Shown here in pieces: positions 47,059 to 52,448 of a stretch of DNA of 52,448 nucleotides. Source of the stretch: a virus (lineage: Duplodnaviria; Caudoviricetes); the IMG/VR virus record IMGVR_UViG_3300038393_000730, positions 1 through 52,448 of that record, one strand, 5' to 3'. A program made the position numbers and the translations under genes. A model generated the notes under the pieces. It searched no databases, was not told the origin of the DNA, and saw only the letters and a list, made by a program, of their open reading frames with translations. Each line of letters starts with the position of its first letter. Position 1 is the stretch's first letter.

Positions 47059-47738
47059 CCGAGCATCCGCTGATATGCGTCGGCCGCGCTCAGGCTGCTG
47101 TCACCAGCAGCGGGCGGCGGCGGAGTGGCGCCGGAATCGAGCCCGTAGGCTTCGCGCTCCAGCGTCACCAGCGTCTTGAGCGTATCGGCCAGCTTCTTGA
47201 GGCTGTCGATCCGGCCGGCACTGGAAATTACGCGGCGATAGACTTCGTTGCGCTTGTCCTGGCCCTTGTCGTCATCTGCGCGCAGCAGGTCGCCCAGTTC
47301 CTCGTACAGATCGACGTTGTTCGTCTCGTGCTCAATCTCCGCCAGCATGCTCATGGCGATGTCGCGGAACCGCTTGATGTCGCCGCGCTGGGTCATGCGC
47401 ACGTCGGCAATCACCTGCGCGGTCGCCTCGATCATCTGGCGCTCGGTTGCCAACCTTTCAGCGGAAACTGTTTTGGCAACCTCGCGCTTGGCAACCAGCG
47501 CATCGGCCTTGGCTTTCACTTTGGCGTTGAGGTCACGTTCCCAGCCTTCCGCCTTGGCGCGCTTGTTGATCGCAGTGTGCGACAGGCCGTGCGCAGTACC
47601 GATTTCACGCACCGACAACAGGCCGGCGCGGTAGTCCAGTTCGATGCGCTCCCAGTCGTGCGCCTTGCGGTCCGGCTTGCCTTCGGTTCCGCTCGCGCCC
47701 TTCGCTTTGGCGGGCTGCTTGTTCTGGTCTTTTGCCAT
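47055..47738 (-). CDS. terS: Terminase small subunit
   Basis: DWERIELDYRAG.LSVREIG..HG.SHTAINKRAK..GW.R; LEREAYGL; coupled to terL. Confidence 0.88.
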   Translation of the reverse strand: MAKDQNKQPAKAKGASGTEGKPDRKAHDWERIELDYRAGLLSVREIGTAHGLSHTAINKRAKAEGWERDLNAKVKAKADALVAKREVAKTVSAERLATERQMIEATAQVIADVRMTQRGDIKRFRDIAMSMLAEIEHETNNVDLYEELGDLLRADDDKGQDKRNEVYRRVISSAGRIDSLKKLADTLKTLVTLEREAYGLDSGATPPPPAAGDSSLSAADAYQRMLG

Positions 47739-47742
47739 TGCC

Positions 47743-48189
47743 TTACTCTTGCTTTTCTAAGGTCAGGGTGTCGATGCCGTTGCCGCAGTCGGTATCAAGG
47801 GCGCAAGCCACTTCGACGGCGTGGCGCGCATCATGGCCAAGGTGCATTGCCGCCAGCGCGAAGTCGCCACCTGAGCCCATGGCGTACATGCGGTCTTCGA
47901 TCAGTAGCGGGTCCGGGCCGCGCAGGTACATCGTGACCTTGCCTTCCGGGGTAATGACCAGCAGCCTCCCGCAGCAGGTATCGCCATCGCGGTTGTTCGG
48001 ATATTCGGTGCGATCCGCTCCATCGCAGTACCAGCGGCGCAGTGCAGATACCGCATCCGAATCACCGGAACCACCCAGCAGGGCACCGTTCGGCGCGCGG
48101 AATATCTTGGTCGTGGTGGCGGGATAGCCGTTGTCGCTCATTCGCTTGTCGGCTGCCAGCGTGTGGCCGTCCCATACGATCACAGTCAT
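47743..48189 (-). CDS. HslV/proteasome-like Ntn peptidase
   Basis: N-terminal (M)TVIVWDG..LAAD, K, GSGD, YAMGSG, A.HAVEVA...D. Confidence 0.8.
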   Translation of the reverse strand: MTVIVWDGHTLAADKRMSDNGYPATTTKIFRAPNGALLGGSGDSDAVSALRRWYCDGADRTEYPNNRDGDTCCGRLLVITPEGKVTMYLRGPDPLLIEDRMYAMGSGGDFALAAMHLGHDARHAVEVACALDTDCGNGIDTLTLEKQE

Positions 48190-48407
48190 GGATTCCCCCA
48201 GTACGCATGCCGGCGCAGGTCGCGCAGTTCGCCGTTCAGCGCCTCGGCGCGGGTGTCGTGCAGCTCGACGCTCTTCTCGACGGTCGGCAGGGGATCGAAC
48301 ACGCACAGTTCGGCGTGCTTCGGCCCAAGCACCTTCGTGACGATGGCCGGGCGGTCGCCCGACTGGTCTGCCACGAATACCTGTGCGCCGAGCTTGAGCG
48401 GCTTCAT
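48186..48407 (-). CDS. Hypothetical protein
   Basis: ATGA-coupled at both ends; PAIVTKV. Confidence 0.65.
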   Translation of the reverse strand: MKPLKLGAQVFVADQSGDRPAIVTKVLGPKHAELCVFDPLPTVEKSVELHDTRAEALNGELRDLRRHAYWGNP

Positions 48408-48670
48408 GCGACTTTCTCGCGCCCCACGCGGCGGACAGGTTCGTTGTGGATCAGGTCACACGGCACCAGCGTCAGGCTTTGCAGGATGCCCGCCTCGTTG
48501 CGCTTTTCATCGATCGCCAGGCCGCAGAAGGTGTCGCCACCCACGCACTCCCCGAAGAACTGCGCCACGCGGGTCAGTAGCTCGTCGGCGGTGTCGTCCA
48601 GCGTCTTGCCCTGTTCCTCTCCGTGGCTGGCGGCGTCCACGATCACGCCCTTGGCTTGGTCGAAGTCCAT
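48404..48670 (-). CDS. Hypothetical protein
   Basis: TGATG coupling; AAGGGGA SD. Confidence 0.6.
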   Translation of the reverse strand: MDFDQAKGVIVDAASHGEEQGKTLDDTADELLTRVAQFFGECVGGDTFCGLAIDEKRNEAGILQSLTLVPCDLIHNEPVRRVGREKVA

Positions 48671-49008
48671 CACGTCCCCTTGCTGTAACCGGCGCTCATT
48701 TCGTCGGCGCCCGCCTGCATGTCTTCCTTGTTGCCAGCGTGGGCCACGATGTCCTTCACGAGACGCAGGGCCGCGCCCAGGCTGGTGCAGGTCTGGTAGT
48801 TCTCGTCCGCGCCGCCTTCGCCGCTGCCGCCCGACGCGCCGCCGTCCTCGCCGGATTCTTCCTGCGCTTCCTCGGCCATCGGCTCGACGCCCACAGCAAA
48901 GGTGCCGTCCGGCTTGCACTTGATTTCGATGACGTAGCCGGCGCTGGTGTCGGTCGCGGTGTCGTCGGTCGCGGCGGTATCTTCCGGCGCTTGGGTCAGG
49001 TCTGCCAT
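48670..49008 (-). CDS. Acidic hypothetical protein
   Basis: GGAG SD; Asp/Glu-rich. Confidence 0.65.
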   Translation of the reverse strand: MADLTQAPEDTAATDDTATDTSAGYVIEIKCKPDGTFAVGVEPMAEEAQEESGEDGGASGGSGEGGADENYQTCTSLGAALRLVKDIVAHAGNKEDMQAGADEMSAGYSKGT

Positions 49009-49026
49009 GTGGGGCTCCATTGGATG

Positions 49027-49060
49027 AAAAAAGGGAGCTGGCCTTTTCAGGTCAGCTCCC
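49027..49060 (-). terminator. Rho-independent terminator
   Basis: GGGAGCTGACCT-GAAA-AGGCCAGCTCCC followed by T6. Confidence 0.75.
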
Positions 49061-49094
49061 AAACGTCCCAGAACAGGAACGGAACAGCGGGGGG

Positions 49095-49256
49095 TCAGGG
49101 TGAAGCGGTGTCGCGCGAATCGAGCGGTTCGCCTAGTTGGTCCTGCTCGATGTCGTCCTGCGCCTGGTGCAGCTCGCGCTGGAGGCGACGGCGCAGTTCG
49201 GCGCGGCTCGGGGCAGGCCGTTTGCGGGGCTTGTCCTCGCGCTCGTCTCGCTCCAT
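49095..49256 (-). CDS. 53-aa charged protein (MERDEREDKPRKR...)
   Basis: Read manually; GAAGGT SD; lies between two terminators. Confidence 0.45.
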   Translation of the reverse strand: MERDEREDKPRKRPAPSRAELRRRLQRELHQAQDDIEQDQLGEPLDSRDTASP

Positions 49257-49273
49257 GCGGCACCTTCGGGAAT

Positions 49274-49304
49274 AAAAAAAGCCGGGCGATTGCTCCCCGG
49301 CTTT
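49274..49304 (-). terminator. Rho-independent terminator (tR'-like)
   Basis: AAAGCCGGG...CCCGGC followed by T7. Confidence 0.8.
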
Positions 49305-49340
49305 CTTGCAGCGACAATTATCTAGTGTGCTATGAACGAC

Positions 49341-49369
49341 AGTTTAACCGGATGATTGCTGGTTTTCAA
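49341..49369 (-). promoter_or_regulatory. Putative late promoter (pR'-like)
   Basis: TTGAAA-17-TAAACT shortly upstream of a terminator. Confidence 0.6.
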
Positions 49370-49389
49370 CTACTTTTTACTATTCGGCG

Positions 49390-49767
49390 TTACAGCCACC
49401 GCAGCGCGGCGTAGTTGATGCACAGGTGTAGGGTGTTGTCCGCGATGATAAGCAGCCAGACGGCGAGCCACGGCGGTGTGTCCTTGTGGTAGCCAGTGGC
49501 GCTGCAGTCGGCCCAGCACAGGGACGGCTGCGTGATCCAGTTCTTCGCGAAGACGACAAAGCGCGCGAGGCGGTAGTGGTCGATGAAGAAGTGCGTCCAC
49601 CAGATCACGCAGAACGCGGTGACGGATGGGCCGAGCAGCAGGAAAGGCAGCGAGTAGACAATCGCGTGCACCATCGCTGGTGCCTGCGCTTTTGTCTTCT
49701 CTGTCGCCATCCAGTTCGTTTGCGTCAGGTAGTCGCCAATCAGGTGCAGCAGAATCTGTTCCATCAT
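49390..49767 (-). CDS. DUF3307-like membrane protein
   Basis: HLIGDYLTQTNWMA..K, HAIVY, HFFID, DNTLH. Confidence 0.8.
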   Translation of the reverse strand: MMEQILLHLIGDYLTQTNWMATEKTKAQAPAMVHAIVYSLPFLLLGPSVTAFCVIWWTHFFIDHYRLARFVVFAKNWITQPSLCWADCSATGYHKDTPPWLAVWLLIIADNTLHLCINYAALRWL

Positions 49768-49916
49768 GCGCCACCAATCCCGTCGATGACCGCCAAAACA
49801 GGGCCTTTACGCTGACCATTCGTGGCCAAACCAACCATGCTCCGTGCTAATGCATAGTTCTCTGTATCCACTTTCCAGCAAGCCAGCTTCCCGTTGATCC
49901 GGCAGTAGACCTTCAT
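49764..49916 (-). CDS. 50-aa hypothetical protein (MKVYCRINGK...)
   Basis: Read manually; TAAGGGGT SD; ATGA-coupled. Confidence 0.55.
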   Translation of the reverse strand: MKVYCRINGKLACWKVDTENYALARSMVGLATNGQRKGPVLAVIDGIGGA

Positions 49917-49929
49917 GCACACCCCTTAT

Positions 49930-49959
49930 AAAAAGACACCCGCCAAGCCTCAGCGGGCG
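49930..49959 (-). terminator. Rho-independent terminator at the 3' end of the structured RNA
   Basis: CGCCCGCTGAG-GCTT-GGCGGGTG region followed by TCTTTTT. Confidence 0.7.
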
Positions 49960-50410
49960 AAAGTCCTAACGGACGGAGCAAACTGTTGCGGTGCCGGGGG
50001 CGCGACTATCCCGGTGTTTCCGCGAGCTTCACCACACAGAGCCGCCGAGCAGGCATCGCAGGCGCTATCCTGCGATTCAATGCGGCTTGCTCGTTGCCGT
50101 CGATACAGATTTCTTTTGCCCGGCTCTGTGTGGCCCCTCGTATCGTGAGGGCTACGCGCCACGGGCACCGTCCCGCATACACCGGAGTCGAACCGGCTAC
50201 ATTCCGAACTTATGGCGATCAGTGAGAGTCGAACTCACCACTCGGCTGGCGGCTACGGTTTAACCCGTGAACCCACGTAAGTCCGTGGTGACAGTCGCCA
50301 TGCGGGTGGTGCCGGACTTTCACCGGCTCGCCGCTTATCCCGAAGTTACGCGGTCGCGCCTCTTTCGAGGACTTAAGCCCGATGCTTGCGCAGAGCGGGA
50401 CCCCACGGTG
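49930..50410 (-). ncRNA. Putative large structured non-coding RNA with a tRNA-like domain
   Basis: Nested long-range helices, three T-loop hairpins, and GAAA, GCAA and CUUCGG tetraloops, all reading on the minus strand; no convincing ORF. Confidence 0.7.
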
Positions 50411-50417
50411 GAAGACG

Positions 50418-50675
50418 TTACAAAAACATTACGAACCCATTGGGAACGCGGCGGCTGATACCGTTGAGCAGGTGCTTGCGCTTGCGGGCCGATGCCGTGC
50501 GGCTGGACACGGTACGCGGCTTGTTGGCCGGAACGTCTTTGTACAGCGAATGCCAGTAGCACCCATCCACGGATGGATTGAATTCTGTGAGGCGGCGACG
50601 TTTTCGCGTCCTGCCGGGCATTTGCGGTGTCATGATGAAGCGGAAGTTCTCGATGGTGCCAATCTCTGCTTTCAT
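50418..50675 (-). CDS. Small basic protein with a capsid-like N-terminal motif
   Basis: TGATG-coupled to the Q-like gene; EIGTIENFRFIMTPQMP. Confidence 0.55.
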   Translation of the reverse strand: MKAEIGTIENFRFIMTPQMPGRTRKRRRLTEFNPSVDGCYWHSLYKDVPANKPRTVSSRTASARKRKHLLNGISRRVPNGFVMFL

Positions 50676-51232
50676 CACGCCGCCCTGTCAAACAACCACG
50701 CCAGCTCGCCCGTCACCGCGTTCTGCGCTTCCGTTTCCAGAGTTTTCAGGGCATCCCATATCTTTTTCTTTGCATCGAACCCGGTAGAACGCGGCACCTT
50801 GCGGCGCTCGAATTCGCGGGTCAGGCTCACCGAGCGGTCGAAGTACGCAGCCAGGATCGCGGCGCGCGTGGCCGAATCGACGCCAGCCGGGGCTTTCTCG
50901 AAACTCCAGTGCAGGATCGCCGCCATTGCCTCGCGGTAGGCTTGCGATACCTTCTCGCCGGCGCAGCAGGGTTTCCCACAGGTGCAGGGCTCGGCCTTTG
51001 GGGCGTACCGGGCAGCGATGCAGGCGCGCGCCATCGGGGGCATGCGCTCGACCGCGGCGAGGATATAGGCCGCTTGTGCCGAACCATCCAGCCCGCCCAG
51101 TCCCTTGCCGCCGCCGATGTTCGCGCCCTTGAGCAAGCGGCCCATCGGGGAAACCGGATACTGCTGGCTGGAGAAGTTGAACGCAAACGCCAGCGCGGCG
51201 GCGGGGCTGTCGAACAGTTGCTCTTGGCTCAT
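50675..51232 (-). CDS. Putative late regulator / Q-like antiterminator
   Basis: Position between the nin region and late leader; AALAFAF, GKGLGGLDG.AQA, PCTCGKPCC, C-terminal HTH-like segment. Confidence 0.55.
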   Translation of the reverse strand: MSQEQLFDSPAAALAFAFNFSSQQYPVSPMGRLLKGANIGGGKGLGGLDGSAQAAYILAAVERMPPMARACIAARYAPKAEPCTCGKPCCAGEKVSQAYREAMAAILHWSFEKAPAGVDSATRAAILAAYFDRSVSLTREFERRKVPRSTGFDAKKKIWDALKTLETEAQNAVTGELAWLFDRAA

Positions 51233-51255
51233 GCTGTGCATTGGCGTTTTATGGC

Positions 51256-51291
51256 AAAAAAATACCCCGCACCGGGGCCGGTAAGCGGGGT
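51256..51291 (-). terminator. Rho-independent terminator upstream of the Q-like gene
   Basis: ACCCCGC...GCGGGGT followed by ATTTTTTT. Confidence 0.7.
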
Positions 51292-51321
51292 GGAAAACTA
51301 CACAGGAGAAGTACAAAATCG

Positions 51322-51350
51322 ATACTATGTCATATCATACTGCTTGTCAA
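51322..51350 (-). promoter_or_regulatory. Putative sigma70 promoter
   Basis: TTGACA-17-TAGTAT; GTATGATATG operator-like motif in the spacer. Confidence 0.7.
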
Positions 51351-51394
51351 TGCGAAATTGTTCCTGTTGGTAATAAGGGGCGGCGCCATACCCA

Positions 51395-51769
51395 TCAGCC
51401 TTGCCCGCCTGCTTTGATGGCGGCGCGACGATGTAAGGTAGAGCGCGCGAGCCAACCCGCCCAGTACAGCGTCCACTCCCTGGCGCCCACTGGATTACGC
51501 TCGTAGTCGAACGCTGTGACCGTGTACTCATGCTCTGCGTGCTTGCGTTCTTCTTCGATAGGCAGCACCTCCCCCGCTTGCACTGGAATGGGTGCGGGCT
51601 GGGTGGTGCGGCGGTTCCAGGCGACGATGCAGTCTGCTTTCGCTGTGCGCTTGCCGGTCGATACATGGCAGGTCGGGCACCATGTCGCGTACAGCTTCGG
51701 GTGTCGGTCGGTCTCCACGGTCTCAGCGTGACCACCGCAAAACGGGCACGGTTTCAGTTCGTCAGTCAT
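51395..51769 (-). CDS. Lar-like restriction-alleviation domain fused to a second module
   Basis: LKPCPFCGG...CPTC...AWNRR, then box D linker QPAPIPVQAGE, ending in box E. Confidence 0.75.
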   Translation of the reverse strand: MTDELKPCPFCGGHAETVETDRHPKLYATWCPTCHVSTGKRTAKADCIVAWNRRTTQPAPIPVQAGEVLPIEEERKHAEHEYTVTAFDYERNPVGAREWTLYWAGWLARSTLHRRAAIKAGGQG

Positions 51770-52379
51770 GCCTGCTCCTTCCCGCCTGCCAGCGCACGGC
51801 GAATGCGCCCCAGCTCGGCGAGTATCAACATCAACAGGATGGCGATGACCGGCAGTGGCCTGTCTTTGACCATCAGCGCAATGCATCCAGCGGCGATGAT
51901 GATGTCGCCCAAGTTGAATGATAGATTGCGCATCACGCACCTTCCTTCCCGCCTGCTGGCTCGGGGTGCGATGGGGCGGCGGCGAGCAGCCCTTGCCACA
52001 TGCGGCGCAAAGCTTGAGTTCCGCTGTAGTTCGTGTCGTTCACGGTCATGTCGATACCGTCAGGGCCGCCAGCGGCGTCAATGCGCCGCTTTCCGTAGTG
52101 CGCAGCCAAGGCGCTATAGATCATTTCGCCGGTCAGCTTCTTCGGCAGTTGAATCCACCCTTCCGGCACGCCCCCTGGTGCGCTGCGAGCGGCGGCGAGG
52201 CTGGCTTCGTTGAGCGTGATGTAATCGCGGACAGCGGATCCACGGCCAACGGCAAAGCATGCGGCCCCGTACGCGCTCATGTGCTTCGCTCGGTAGGCGT
52301 ACACCCCCGGTAACAAGCACTCGGGCTTCGGCAGCGGCGGCAGCTCCCCGTCCACTACAGGCGCTGCTGGCTGGGCGAG
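51398..52379 (-). repeat. Linker boxes A-E, right-arm copies
   Basis: A 52342-52379, B 52175-52198, C 51943-51981 and 51766-51789, D 51569-51601, E 51398-51426. Confidence 0.95.
51766..51933 (-). CDS. 55-aa membrane protein between duplicated box C
   Basis: Coupled at both ends; two hydrophobic segments; ends in AGGKEQA. Confidence 0.6.
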   Translation of the reverse strand: MRNLSFNLGDIIIAAGCIALMVKDRPLPVIAILLMLILAELGRIRRALAGGKEQA

Positions 52380-52448
52380 GGCGGCGCGCACCGTCTCCAC
52401 TTCATCGTCCGAAATTGGGCGGTCGAAGATAACCAACACGCCCCGCTG
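51933..52448 (-). CDS. Mosaic accessory protein, 5'-truncated
   Basis: Frame open to the window end; contains boxes A, B and C in frame. Confidence 0.7.
   Translation of the reverse strand, partial: QRGVLVIFDRPISDDEVETVRAALAQPAAPVVDGELPPLPKPECLLPGVYAYRAKHMSAYGAACFAVGRGSAVRDYITLNEASLAAARSAPGGVPEGWIQLPKKLTGEMIYSALAAHYGKRRIDAAGGPDGIDMTVNDTNYSGTQALRRMWQGLLAAAPSHPEPAGGKEGA

Larger units (their letters stand above)
1..52448. mobile_element. Near-complete temperate-type podovirus-like phage genome, probably a phage-plasmid
   Basis: Complete head, tail, lysis, packaging, replication and recombination modules; lambdoid divergent layout; genes truncated at both window ends lie on the same strand in the nin-like region; no host housekeeping genes. 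Confidence 0.93.

Noticed and set aside
18691-47073. Many long plus-strand ORFs (e.g. 18691-20109, 34109-36022, 45454-47073)
   Set aside because: Antisense shadows of GC-rich structural genes, with no recognisable motifs
50171-50240. Canonical tRNA genes
   Set aside because: T arms are present but proper D and anticodon arms are not; reported instead as a tRNA-like ncRNA domain
50305-50330. RNase P RNA or riboswitch, from GAAAGTCCGG
   Set aside because: The sequence forms a local T-loop hairpin; the complementary RNase P P4 strand and riboswitch cores are not evident
1-52448. Exact circular closure of the window
   Set aside because: Joining base 1 to base 52448 puts the two truncated minus-strand ORFs out of frame by one base, and there is no terminal overlap, so some sequence is probably missing

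Overview
The window is an almost complete ~52 kb temperate-type, short-tailed (podovirus-like) phage genome from a GC-rich host, probably a betaproteobacterium (inferred). It is opened inside its nin-like region. The minus strand carries cro-like HTH genes, a Ref nuclease, a replication initiator with iterons plus helicase loader, and a C5 DNA methyltransferase. It resumes at the far end with nin-like genes, a Q-like regulator, terS/terL/portal/scaffold/N4-gp56-type capsid, tailspike, tail tube, fibre, lysis cassette and ejection proteins, including a 2249-aa polyvalent protein. The plus strand carries a Rad52-like annealase, YqaJ exonuclease, NinB, mosaic accessory genes, a Rap1a/Tae4 immunity-amidase pair and a ParA/partner cassette where an integrase would normally sit. 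No integrase or classical cI is visible, which suggests a phage-plasmid. The strongest unusual signals are: (1) an ordered series of near-identical 24-39 bp in-frame 'linker boxes' shared by the two opposite-strand accessory arms, bracketing unrelated protein modules like a domain-cassette shuffling scaffold; (2) a ~480-nt highly structured non-coding RNA in the late leader; (3) a methyltransferase split over two overlapping reading frames with tandem TRD-like repeats; (4) a small protein carrying a copy of a major-capsid motif. All family assignments come from motifs recognised by eye; no searches were run.
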